A stretch of DNA of 48,567 nucleotides, the filler included, from Jimgerdemannia flammicorona (Eukaryota), in assembly GCA_003990765.1 (NCBI GenBank). It is 2 parts of 2 records of this genome, joined end to end, with 100 filler letters (N's around TTAATTAATTAA, not from the genome) between each part and the next. Parts side by side here need not be neighbours in the genome. Positions count along the whole stretch, not along the records: positions 24,336 to 48,567 come from RBNJ01001003.1; 1 more part is not named here. One strand, given 5' to 3'. The notes under the pieces are model-generated. The model worked only from the letters and a program-made list of their open reading frames with translations. It made no database searches and was not told where the DNA came from. This document shows, piece after piece, positions 24,336-36,600 of this stretch (positions are counted from its first letter, which is position 1; every line of letters begins with the position of its first letter). The position numbers and the translations under genes are program-made.

Positions 24336-26927
24336 TTCTCAACCGAACTCATAGGGAAGTTTATGAACTAAACCTATCAGGAAACGGCAAAAGGTCCCAG
24401 AAGAAAGGAAAGGCCCCTCTGCGACCCAGGAGACAGTGAAGCCTTCCACCAACATTGGAGAATAATTGACACCTCAACAACAGCAACAATTAGTAGAACT
24501 TCTCAACAAATATCAAGATATCTTCACCACTGATTATGGCAACCTGCCATACAATCCATCATACCACCATAGCATAAATACAGGAAGTGCAACACCCATT
24601 CGGCAGAAACCCTATAGAATACCCCATCACTTGAAAACATTCAAAAAGGAGCACATCTAAGAACTCTTAGACAATGGAGTCATCCGACCCTCTACCAGCC
24701 CCTGAGCCAGCCCTATACTTATTGTACCAAAGAAAGGAGGATGGAGACTCTGCATGGATTACAGAAAACTCAACTCAGTCACTGAAAAGGATACTTATCC
24801 TTTACCCAGAATCAATGACCTTTTGGACCAGTTACAAGATGCCAGATACTTCAGCAGTATGGACCTCTTTGCAGGATTCCATGAGATCTCCATGGATCCT
24901 AAGGACATTCAAAAGACAGCCTTTCTTGCTCTAGGAAAACTGTTTGAATACCTCTGAATGCCCTTTGGACTCTGCAATGCACCCCCCACCTTCCAGAGGA
25001 TGATGAATTCAGTCTATGCCCCCTTGATCCATCACTGTCTGATTGTATACATAGATGATTCCAACATCTATTCAGCAAATTTCGAAGAACACCTGCACCA
25101 CCTAGAGGAATTCTTCAAGCTCACCCACAAGAATCACTTGAGACTGAATGCAAAGAAATGCTACTTTGGAAAACAGAAACTCAAATTCCTGGGATTTGTG
25201 GTCTCAAAAGAAGGAACTCATGCAGACCCAAAGAAAACTGAGAAGATCAACAATTGGCCAGTACCCAAGACTCCAAAAGAAACACTATCATTCCTGATGC
25301 TAGTATCCTACTACAGAAGGTTCATCAAGGATTTTGCCCAAATCGCTGCCCCAATCCAAATCCTTCTCAAGAAAGGAATGATATTCAAATGGACAGAATC
25401 ATAGGAAAAAGCCTTCAGAGAACTCAAGAACCGCATGACTACAGCACCAATCCTTGTGTGCCCCAATTTACAGAAGCCATTCATCTTGTATACAGATGCT
25501 TCCAAAGATGGCCTAGGAGCAGTTCTAGCCCAAGAAGGACCTGACCAACAGCACTATGTGATAGCTTATGCAAGCAGAGCTACCAATCAGCAGCAGATGA
25601 ACTATGGTAGCACCAAACTGGAATGCCTTGCAGTCATATGGGCGGTCACCCTGTTCAAGCATTACCTCATCAGAAAAAGATTCACCCTAATCACAGACCA
25701 TGCAGCCCTCAAATGGCTATTCAATCACAAGGAACCTGCTGGAATCCTAGTCTGCTGGATCCTTATCCTTCAGGATTACAAAATCACCATCATTCACAAA
25801 GCAGGAAAAGCCCACAACAATGTTGATGTACTTTCCTGCCAGCTTCAATAAATCAGATGAAGGGTGTTCTGAGGAACCACACCCTAAAGGAAGCTCCTCA
25901 GACTATCAAAGCACAAGAAGATCTCATTCAAAAAGAACATCAGAAAGCCCACCAAGGACAGACAAGCATAGAAGACAGGATTCGAAAACAATATCAACAT
26001 TGGCCCCACCTCAGAACTCAAGTCCAAGACATTATTCAGAAATGTGACATCTGCCAGAAGTACCAAGGAAAGAAGAACTATCAAGCCCCTCTGCAACCGA
26101 TTCCCCCACCCACTCACATCTTTCAAAGATGGGGAGTAGATGTAATTGGACCTCTACCAGTTATACCAAGAAGAAACAAATACATTCTTGTATTTGTAGA
26201 ACATCTGACCAAGTGGCCCAAGGCTTTCCCAATGGAAATCGCAGATGCCTTAACCATTGTAGGCCTCCTCCATGGACTCACACTCAGATATGGACCTCCA
26301 GAAGAACTCATCTCTGACCAAGGCACAGAATTCATCAATAACATAATCACAAGTTATGCCCAAATTCACAAGATCCACCTCAAAAGAACCACCTCATACC
26401 ACCCCCAGACCAATGGCATGACAGAAAGAATGAACCAGACCATCAAGAAAGAACTTGCCTGAGTCAACCCTACTAATTGGGACCTCTGCTTACCTGAGAT
26501 CCTATGGGAAATTCGGAATACCCTTACCACATCCACCAAACAAAAGCCATTCGAAATGATGTTTGCCAAGAAAATCAGAACTGCTGACCATGAGAATCTC
26601 GGAGACCTCCTCAAGAAGGCAGAATAGTTATGAAATCAAGCCTGAGGACAGATTATCAAAGCCCAGGAAAGACAAAAGAAGTACTATAACCAAAAACAGA
26701 AGGATCAGGAGATCAATATTGGAGATCAAGTCCTAGTTTGGAGAAGCATAATTGAGACAAACTTTGCCACCAAACTGGAACCGAAATGGGAAGGACCTTA
26801 TCTTGTACACAACATCAAAAGAACCAGCATCTATTTAAGAAGTATGGATGGACAAACCCTGAGAACACCAGTACACATCAATCATCTCAAGATATACTTC
26901 TTTTCATACTATGAATCAGAGAATTGA
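24336..26927 (+). mobile_element. pol of Ty3/Gypsy element C: RT, RNase H, integrase (GPY/F, no chromodomain); inactivated
   Basis: PIRQKPYRIP, RLCMDYRKLN, MDLFAGFHEI, MPFGLCNAP, YIDD (25048-25059), LYTDASKDGLGAVL, LECLAV, ITDHAAL, HQKAH...CDICQ, DVIGPLP, SDQGTEF, YHPQTNGMTER and KWEGPY. Stops at 24658, 24703, 24955, 25402, 26460 and others. Confidence 0.95.
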
Positions 26928-27423
26928 CAACTGCCTCCAAACTCTTGTTCTCAGTTCCCTCCAAGCCCTACCAGTTCCCCTGCCTCAGTTCCGGGAACCC
27001 AATGGAACCTATCTTCAGAGAATCCGAGTTCATCAAGAGAACCTCACTTTGGCCAAAAGGCTACTCCAGGTCTACCAGCTGCAGGCATATTATGCAATTG
27101 GAGAACAATTGCAGAATCTTCCTCTCCCAGACCTAGCCTATGTCCAAAACACCACTGGCCTGAACAGAAGGAACACTACTGCTGCAGACAGACTATACAC
27201 AATATATAAACGAAATCCTTCTGCCTTAATCCAGGCCCAGTTTTCCCTGAATGACCTCTAAAGGATGACACTGCCCACCTACCTCAGCATTATTTACCAA
27301 GTGGAGACCCTATTTCCTGAGGAAGAAGGAGAGCCCCTGGAATGGAGTGAACACAGCTCAGATGATGATGATGGAACAGGTATAGATGCAGAAGCTGCTT
27401 ATGTCTATTGGGATGATGACTGA
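26911..27423 (+). pseudogene. Accessory ORF 3' of pol in element C (170 aa with one internal TAA); unknown function
   Basis: ATG overlaps the integrase end. The single stop at 27259-27261 is restorable as CAA. Core YAIGEQL...VQNTTGLNRRNTTAADRLYTIYKRNPSALIQAQFSLNDL, then an acidic tail ending just before the PPT. Confidence 0.8.
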
Positions 27424-27449
27424 AGAATAGTCTGGGACAGACTACCCTT

Positions 27450-27462
27450 CAGTGGGGGCTGA
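27450..27462 (+). promoter_or_regulatory. Polypurine-tract-like site before the 3' LTR
   Basis: cagtgggggctga directly precedes TGTAAT; a hairpin tagtctg-gga-cagacta lies just upstream. Confidence 0.65.
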
Positions 27463-28941
27463 TGTAATAGACCAAAAACGAACTACCTGAATTATAACTT
27501 AGCCAGATGACGTGAACAATTAGCATACTTACTCAGTATGATGTGACTTCCAGTGTATCATAGTTACTCATGCCCACCACACTTATAATTAGCCAAGACA
27601 CCAGATCAGGATTGTTTACCTGTGTCCTGAGGACACACTCATGTCCTGCAAACACACTCATGTCCTGCAGACACACTTATGTCCTGTGGACACACTCATG
27701 TCCTGCAGACACACTCATGTTCTGTGGACACACCTGTACCCAGAGAACACACCTAAACATTACCGAAGATAGCAAATCTATAGTTAGTCACATAGTAACC
27801 AGATAGCAACCAACTTGTATAAATTACCCCAGAGGCAAGAGTAAATAAAACCTCAGTCTGAAATACAAATACCAAAGAAGCCTCTAAAGATTGAGCATTG
27901 GTCCCCTTTCCACTCCAGTCCACTTTCCGATACAAAGCTGATTTTGCTGCCAAGTTCAAGGAAGAACTTTGCTACCTTTAGAACTATTGGTTCACTTGCC
28001 AGATAAGCCTGAAGATTTGCTGCCAAAGTTCAAGAAGAACTTCACTGCCTTTTGAGTAATCTGCCACTTAAAGAATAAGCCACCGTTTCCAAGTTATCTG
28101 CATTTCCAGAGAAAGCCACCTTGCCCAAGCCAGTTTCTGATGCAACTTCGCAGTGATCTGTTCACACAAACAAAGCCAGTCCTTAATGCAACTTTGCCAA
28201 GAGACCCTTTCCAAAGCCGCCATCCTGTTTCCCAGAAGAACCCTGCCGATTCAGGAAGAATCCATGCCATCTGAGTTAATTCCCAGTTAAAGCCACCATT
28301 TTCAAGAAGCCTGCCGATTCAGGAGAATCTACATCATCCACAGTTTCCAAGTCATCTGCTGTATTCCCAGTTGAAGCCGAAACCACAACACCCGAGTCAT
28401 TGTTCCCAGAGGAGCCCGATTCGTGCTGTCTGAGTTATTCATTATTTCCAGTGAGCCTAGGAAGAATCCACGCCATACGATTCCCAGTGAGCCAAATTGA
28501 GTTATCCACTGAATTATCAGAACATCCGTATAAGGAACCCACCATACTACACAGAGATCATCATGCTACACAAGATCGTCACGCAGAAATCACATAAGGA
28601 GAACTGCTAAATTGCCAGACCATCATGCACAAGGAGATCATCGCGCTATACAGAAATCACCTGCTACTCAAGAAGGAAACCACTCATGCTACATACAAAT
28701 TCTGCTATTCCCAGTTGACCCAAGAAGGGAAAGACACAAAAATTGCTGCTACACCCAGAGAACCGTCCCAATAAGGAAATCGCTCGCAGATATCCAGCTT
28801 TGACTATTATACCGCTAAACACCAAGGACCTCAAGAATCTTAGAATATTTTGTTACTTTTGACAAAGTAACTGGGGGCTCAAGCCAAACTACATCAACCC
28901 CTAAACCTTGTAATTTGCCTCCATTGAGTCAGTACATTACA
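27463..28941 (+). mobile_element. 3' LTR of element C (~1.48 kb)
   Basis: TGTAAT...ATTACA inverted termini; family motif aacttgtataaat...gtaaataaaacctcag at ~27813-27856; abrupt switch to TA-rich flank after 28941. Confidence 0.8.
27621..27743 (+). repeat. 19-bp tandem repeat (ACACACTCATGTCCTGCAG-like, about 6 copies) in LTR U3
   Basis: Directly visible tandem units. Confidence 0.9.
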
Positions 28942-29154
28942 CTATATAGTATCTATTAATATCTAAAACTAATATACTAATATATATAGTAAACTAGTAT
29001 ATATATATATATATATATATATAGTAAGACCTCTACGTCTAGTACTAATTCTAACTTAATAAGATACTAGAAACCATCTCATTATATATGTATCTATTAA
29101 CTGGTAATCTCTACTTAATATCATATATAGATAATATTCAATTTAGAAAAAAGT

Positions 29155-29530
29155 TGTAATAGTTGATCTAAATTAGAAATAAGAATCAGAAGATAGATAT
29201 TTGATCATAATATCTGAATCTAATATCTAAATTTAGTATAGTATATATAGTTAGCAGTTATCTGATCTATACAGTATAAAGAAATCTTCTACTTATATAG
29301 AAAGCTTGCAATTATAAAAAATCTATACACTGCTGAAATAAGTTATAACTTAGCCACTATATAGCTAGAAAACTCTAGAGTGAATAACCACAGATTAAAA
29401 TAGCTCAAAATTAAAGAGACAAAGGAAATGTAAGCCTATAGAACCCAAAAAACTCTGAGAAGTCAAAGATCACATATTTAAGATAAAGAAATCCACTATA
29501 CTTTCCAGGTTATATGTCTGCTATATTACA
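29155..29530 (+). mobile_element. Solo LTR, same family as 2632-3093 and 20327-20800
   Basis: TGTAAT...ATTACA termini; shares gttgatct.aattag, atagatatttgatc, ataacttagcca, gtaagcctataga and tgtctgctatattaca with 2632-3093. Confidence 0.85.
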
Positions 29531-30447
29531 ATATACAAGTATGCCTGATGACTAATGAATTTCAATTAAATGAAATAAAAATCATTCCAGTTATTCATAT
29601 TTTTATTTATTTCATTTTAAGTATATTTTTTATTTTTAAGTTTAAACAACCTTTCTTTTTTTTTATATTTTTCCTTAATAATTTCAATTTTAAATAATTT
29701 TTAAATACTGTTTATAAAATTTAATATATAAAAATTAATATAGTTATGAGTGTAGTTCGAAGTGGCCGAACCCGCGTAATGCGCGGAACGTTCATGCAAC
29801 AGGGACTGACGCGTTCCTTTTGTTTCAATCGTCCCCAGCAGGCAGTCCAGCTTAGCTTAGCTCGGACTCGGTTAATGTACGCCATTCTCAGCGCACTATG
29901 AATCAGCTTGTCGTCTTCGTTTTCTTTGCCATCCATCCTTGCACGTAGTCGGACGATATTTAGCAATTAGTCATTAGTAATTTCGTATGTTCAGTTTGCG
30001 TACCCCTCCCCCCCATCCCTCTTGGTTGAAGGACAATCAACGGCCACTTTCGCATATGAACGCGAATGGCGGGCCTTGGGATGCACATTCTTCCATATAG
30101 CCAAACCCATTACATTTCTTCGCAACACGTATTTTCGTTTACATATATTCTGGCGACCACTTACGCCGTTTTCACGCGAGAGATACTTTGCTTGAAAGAA
30201 TTTGGATTCCTTATTAATTAAGTTAAATTTCATCTCTAACTCTAGGTTTGCTTAAATAAATAGTAATATAATGTTAGCTGTAATATAAATTTTCACAACT
30301 TAAAATAAATAAATCTAAGTTCAATATTACTCACGGCCCAGGTCAGAGTGAGAGTCATAAATTCCGGAAGTGGTAATGTTCTTGAAGTCAATGCACGGTC
30401 GTCGACGGGAATATGGATAGGAGCATTGACGAGACCAAGGTGTATTA

Positions 30448-30636
30448 ATGTCAATCACAAAACTTAGAACTGTGGCATATGCAGGAAAACATCCCGAGAT
30501 CAATATCTACAAATATCCTGAGATCAATATCTTCAGACATCCCGAGTTCGACATCTTCAGGCATCTCGAGGTGAATATCTTTAGGAAAAATATTACCGTC
30601 AGGCCACCCGAGATCGAATTCGTACCCAAGTATTGA
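30448..30636 (+). CDS. Putative 62-aa peptide with four tandem 8-aa repeats (24-bp units)
   Basis: KHPEINIY-KYPEINIF-RHPEFDIF-RHLEVNIF, plus a degenerate RPPEIEFV; followed by a T/A homopolymer inverted repeat. Coding status unproven. Confidence 0.3.
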   Translation: MSITKLRTVAYAGKHPEINIYKYPEINIFRHPEFDIFRHLEVNIFRKNITVRPPEIEFVPKY

Positions 30637-30637
30637 G

Positions 30638-30672
<35 letters not shown>

Positions 30673-31608
30673 CCCTCCAGATGAGCGCAAAATAATATCC
30701 CCTAAGCTGTAACCATACATATAGTCTTCTCCAAAATAAATAAGTGTATATAGATTTTACGCAAAACACAGACTAAATGAAAAAGAATAATTGCATAATG
30801 TAGTGTGAATATATTTCGTAAAATTTTACATCATTTCTGTCAAAATAACATTATTTTTCCTGTAGGCAGGTCAATGTTGTATTTTCTAATGGAGTGCATT
30901 TACATAACGAAAAATCTTCGCATATTGTATTGTAGTTCGTCAAGTTCCAAAGTACCCCAGCGCTGATGCGCTGAGGGCCGAGGCATGAGGCATGACATCG
31001 CGATACGATGCAATACGTCAGTAATTCGCAAAGTTCTTCCCACCGTTTCTGATTTCAGGCCGCGGAATATAGATAAATAAACCTAATGTAAGGCTGTGGA
31101 CTAAAAAGCCTTAAATGCGGAAGGGCCCAAACTGTTGACTGTGGACTGTTAAATGACAGGTCTAGCCGATTAAGTTGTCCAGGGCCCAGAAGACCAAAAT
31201 CAATTTCGTGCACAGCAACGACGTTGTGAGGGTCTTGACATTTGCAAATAAAATGTGTGTGTTTAATAATTACCACTGTTATCGTACCAGCAGTATATAA
31301 GCCTCATTTTCGAGGGCTCGCTCACTTTTGATTTCTAAAAATTGGGCGCCAGATCAGCACGCGGCAGTGGGAATTTGGTCTCGTCAACATTGCACAGCCT
31401 AAATTTCGGTCGATTGCGGCAACCGGATCCCCATTTGTAAGCCCTCATTTCGCTTACGAAATTTCATATTGGCCCCGTGGCTCTTTGTTGCTAAAACCTT
31501 GTCAACACTGCGCCACGGTTCAGAAAATCATATACAAGCAGAAGGACTTCTTCCGGCACCCGTAATTGCACCTCGACCATCCTACAGAACCCCCTTTCTA
31601 TCGCTTTT

Positions 31609-33091
31609 ATGAGCATGAACGAAAGTGGTGTTTGTCTTCGGGACGACATAGCCTCCATCTGGAATGACCCAACTTACCATGATGTGATCATTGTCTGCGC
31701 TGATGGCGTCAAGCTAGGCGCATGCCGTGCCATACTGGCCTCAAGGTTAGTCCGATTGCAATTCTCTCGTATACTTAACACTTTCCACACACCTAATTTG
31801 ATATCGTTTTGAAAGATGCCCATTTTTCAAGGCGATGCTATATGGAAGCATGCGGGAGGGTTTTTCTTGTCAAGTCGTCCTCCGTGACGTAACCTCCGAA
31901 GTATTCAACATTGTCCTTGGCTTCATTCACACTGAAACCATCGACAGCACTCTCGACATTGCCATTGCAGTGGGCATATACCGCGCTGCAAGTTTCCTTC
32001 TCCTCAACAAACTAATGGAGATGGTACTGGATCGCGCTCAACATCTCGCTGATTTTGGGGTCATTTCGTTGCTCCTCAACGAGGCCGCTGCTGCCATCCC
32101 CCGGAGTGAAGAAAACAGTGACCTTTACGATGTACTCCTCAATCCCTTTCGCACTCACAAGCTCGCCATCGGCGAGTTGACCAACCTCTCCGAAGAGGGC
32201 CTTGAGCTGCTCCTGATGGCACCGGAGAGAGCGGCCTTTATGACGCCAGAACATGATCTGTTGTTGTGCGTTATCGACTGGGTCTGGGGACGCAACGAGA
32301 ACGCGCCCTCGGCATCAGAGCGTCATATTATTTTGCATGATGTCAGAGATATGGTTGTAGGGTGCAATGGAACAATCCGGATGGGAGATGGCGCATCGCA
32401 TACCTTGCTGTTCAAAATGATAAAACACTTTGACCTTAGGCTTATCTGCCCACATCGACTCAAGATCCTCGCAGAGGCAATGGACACATTTTTGGTGGCC
32501 TCTCCACACTACATTGCACTTCACCATCATGCTTACAAGAATACGGTATGCCTTACGGGGCATCCATCCGCATGGCGTCACCGGTGGGATCCATCGAAAG
32601 TCGGTTCTCAAGTGGTCGTTTCAAAAGATTGCCAGGTTGTGGAGCTTCCATCGGGGGATTCCATTCAGACAGCACGACTTTCTGTTCCCGGGATGGAGGC
32701 TTACAATGGTCTATACGAATGGGACATCGTCGTTGAATCTATCGGGTCGTTTGCTTCCTACGGCGTCTGTGCGATTGGGCTCGTTGGAGAGGAATTCACA
32801 CAATTTGATGGTCACATGGCAAGCCAGCTGCATACATGGAGTTTCCAATCCTACAACAATAGCCAACGCTTGATTGGTGGAAAAAAATGTCTCAATTACT
32901 GTTACGGCAAACGTATTAAGAATGGTGACGTCGTAACCTTGCATTTAAATGTAAAGGATCGTAGCTGTTCCCTTTCGATAAACGGATTCAATTACGGGAC
33001 AACCTGGATCAATCTCCCCGACAAAGTGTACCCAGCTGTGACCTTATATTCACAATGTAAGTTTAGGATAGGTTTGTCAAGACAGAGATGA
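31609..33091 (+). CDS. BTB/POZ (+BACK-like) - SPRY/B30.2-like protein, 470 aa; exons 31609-31745 and 31816-33091
   Basis: A 70-bp intron (GTTAG...cctaat...AAAG) restores HDVIIVCADGVKLGACRAILASRCPFFKAMLYGSMRE (BTB). EHDLLLCVIDW is BACK-like. YEWDIVV...IGLV...GDVVTLHLNVKDRSCSLSING...LPDKVYPAVTL is SPRY-like. Confidence 0.9.
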
Positions 33092-33571
33092 ATGGTACAT
33101 CTCCTCTTAGCTTAACAATATAAATACTATCATTATATTATATCAAAGCCACTGTTACATTGTAGCCATATCCATTTCGTTAAACAACTTTCTTAACTGA
33201 AGGTTTTTACTGATATCAGTTCGCTGAGAAAACAAAAAAAAAAAAAAAAAAAAAAAAAAGAAAAAAAAAAGGAAAGAAAGAAAATTCGACTAGCGTAACA
33301 ATCGCGGAGAGAACGGTCAGCGCGGCTGTCGGTTTAAGAGCTCTGTCCGCTAGTTTTAGAAGGTACGCCAGAGTATCATATTGTCGTTGGAAAAGGGATG
33401 CAGGTATTTCGTCCGGTTGAGAGTATTAGGCAATACCGATGAATTCCATTCAATTTCATACAAGCTTTGCAGGTCGCATTAGATAGCTCACTATAATAAC
33501 GCGCAACGCTAAGCCAACGAATAGCAATCTAGTACCTGTATAAAGGGTTCGGGCTTTGATTTTTTTGTTAT

Positions 33572-33650
33572 CATGAGACGCAGGATTCGAACCTAGCAAA
33601 AAATGAAGGACCTGTTCGCTGGTCATCTTGTCCACTTCGGCTACGCGCCC
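33572..33650 (-). pseudogene. tRNA-derived sequence (tRNA pseudogene or SINE head)
   Basis: Minus strand gggcgcgTAGCCGAAGTGG...GGTTCGAATCCtgc contains Pol III A- and B-box motifs, but the acceptor and anticodon stems do not pair properly. Confidence 0.55.
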
Positions 33651-36600
33651 CGGATAAAGATACTTGATTGCGAGCTGTCATAATAACGTCTCCACAAATT
33701 GCAGGAATGTAAGGGTCTACATCCTCAGCATTATTCGTATTATACAGAAGCAGCAGTCATCATGTTATTGATGTGAGTCATTTATGAACTTCACTAATGA
33801 GCTCTTCGTCATTGTCAGATTTATTCGTATTAATATTTATGTCAAGCATTCTCACCAGCCCCTGGAATAAATCTAGGGTTACCTTACGGCCGTCGACAGG
33901 CGTAAGAATAGTCTTCGCGGTGCCGATAGCAATAGTGCCGCATAAGCTCAAAATTTCTCATACCGCCAATACCTTTGAGACCACCAATACATGTATATAC
34001 ACCTTTCGTTTGGTTCTACGAATAGCATCCTGCATCGCTCCCAGGATATGTCTCGTTTTACCAATCGTTTTGTGGCTTAATCGGAACTATGAACATTGTT
34101 TTATCGGTTTCTGGGGGTCGGACTTGGCGCGGCATCGAAATGATTGATTTAAAGGTATGAAATTGGCTTGGTTAAACCAGCATAAATTCTATTCCACAAA
34201 TTAGTGTTCAGCTTTAACAGTCTTGTGACTGGATCCGAACCCCGTTCGTGTTAAGTTGACCATGTTCACGTTTTGCACTATGTGGTCTCCCTGCTCCTTG
34301 GTAGCTGTCAATCAGCCGCTGGTGTTGCTGGCTAGTGCAATTTGGGTACTGGTGTTCTTGGGATTAATTTCCGAAATCCTAGGTAATGTAAATCGCTTCA
34401 TAGTTTCCACCCTGTAGTTCGCACTACCTTGCGAGATAGTGACCGTGGTGTAGGAGAGGTGGTTGAAGCGAACAAGTTTGGCCTGGTGGATGAAACTCTG
34501 TTGCGCACATATAATGACTTACGTATCGAAGAGTCAGATGTATGTCGCTTTAATCATTTTTCCCAGGATTCCGTATCACTTACCATAATAGAGCCGAAGA
34601 CGAACTTGTGTTAGTCAAATACGATGTACGCATTGTATTTACCAAATAGAACCGAAGGCCAATGCGTGCAAGTCAAATACGACAAGCACATTAATGCGTA
34701 TTATACTCAAATTGGTTGCGCCATTTCTTGCACGGTGCACGACGGAAGTATTTTTGTCATCATCAGTCCTAGCACAAATTGTCAAGGATCTGCACACACG
34801 ACCATTTTTCGAAGGTCTGCTTTAGCTATAATCAACCACCTTCCGTTCATATTTACTGTTCCGGCAGAGAGCGACATGGGCCGGAAACTTTCTCAGTCCC
34901 TCGTTCCCACAATTGTTACGAGACCTCGTGACACACATCACTATACATGATGTAAGACACAATCGCAATTTTTCAAATCTAGCTGACGCCACCCCCGGAA
35001 TAACTCTGATAATCTGGCGTGAGATTACATCCAAGTTTGGTTCCCTCCTGACAACGCATGGATGTTTTCTGACGATATGGCACAAGGGGCTACTCTCGAT
35101 CTGGCTTTCATTAACCTTGTCCCACCGCCAAATGGCTGTCTAGAACCTCTCGTAATTCCACGGGTTAACAATATTCAGGGGCTCGTAATTTTTTGGGACT
35201 TTTCGTTTGATGTCACCACGAAGTTAGTACAAGCCCTTTAAGTCGAAACCCGAGCTCTGTTACATAAGGAGTTTCCATCTTCACCACCACCTTCTAGAAA
35301 TCACGGCTGAAATGGGGTGAATATTAACGTGCCCGTGATAGGATCCACGGTTTCGCATGTGGCAATAAAGCCAAAACGCCTATGATCGACACAATTTATG
35401 TAGTACCAAGCGATGTTACCTTACCAGAATGTGGCTGAGCATTTTCACGACATATATATATACATAATTATGGAACTTCTAAATCGGCGAGGTTGTTTTT
35501 TGGTGATCTGCCGCTCTCTGTCCTCGAGTGAAATCCTCTCGTCCGCCCTTCGGGGAACGCAGCATCTCCTAACGTCTGCTTCGCCGGCACAGCTCGGTTT
35601 TCACTCATTGAGAATCTGCGGAAATTCCCCTATACAAAATGAAGAGGGTATTTGCGAAAGCTCGTCACCTTATGATTCTCAATAAGACTGCTACACCGCC
35701 AAGCCGGGCGCCGCTGTCCCGACGAGATATCCGGTTTACTAACAGAGTAATCTTAGTTGGGCAATGTTAATTGTGTCTATCAATCTAAAATGGGAGAAGG
35801 TCGGTCATCTCCTTATACAGCAGAGTCCATAGGCTTTTTTTTTCCATTTTGCATTCCGTTCCGTTCCAATCAAGATCGCATTTTTCAATCTCAATCTCGC
35901 CACCTTTCTGCGCTCAATGTCACAATGCCTCCAGATCTCCAACGGAATCTCCCCGCCTCCGAATCCGAATCATCCTCCATTTTCGTCAAGTTCGGGTCTG
36001 AGGCTTCAATCGTCAACTTTATCGGCTGCCGCGTCGTCAATGTCTGATCATCGTTTTGAAAAGCTAAACCCAGCGCCCTCTGCTGTGTCTTTAAGATAAT
36101 TCATGAGAAAATATAGTGGGTATTTCTGGATATTTTGTTGTTAGATGCGTAAGAATAGCAGTCGGCATACACAGCTTTGGGTATGAGGAAGGAAATTAAG
36201 AACTGTTACGACAATGTCAGCAGTGGCTGTTGCACCGCGATATCCGTACAGGCGGGACGGAGTGTATTGTGTAGTCGGTTCGCTGTCTGTGACAGTAGTG
36301 CAAAAGCTACGTTCCAGTCCTCGTGGATATCATTAAATCAGTCCGTGATTTGAACACAAAAGTATATTTACGTTTATGCATGTTTTTCCTGATGACATAT
36401 TTTCCACGCAAATAAAAGAAATGTGGTATTTTCTTTCTTGCGTCAAACGTATGAAGTCTTCGGCAAGATGTCATAAACCTATTTTCTAAGTTACCCTGAG
36501 TTAACAATGCGCCATGGTCCGTGCTGTCGACCGCTGCTCTGCCAGCCGGATAGATGGCAATGCTAAAAGGTATGACCAATATGAGTTGAATTCAAGCAAA

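Noticed and set aside
26911..27423. env gene
   Set aside because: Short, with no signal peptide or transmembrane anchor visible.
20327..28941. One intact full-length LTR element
   Set aside because: The terminal LTRs differ, there is no TSD, RT is duplicated, and an artificial linker lies in the middle.
29771..29786. Helitron 3' hairpin (cccgcgtaatgcgcgg)
   Set aside because: No CTRR terminus at the expected distance on either strand.
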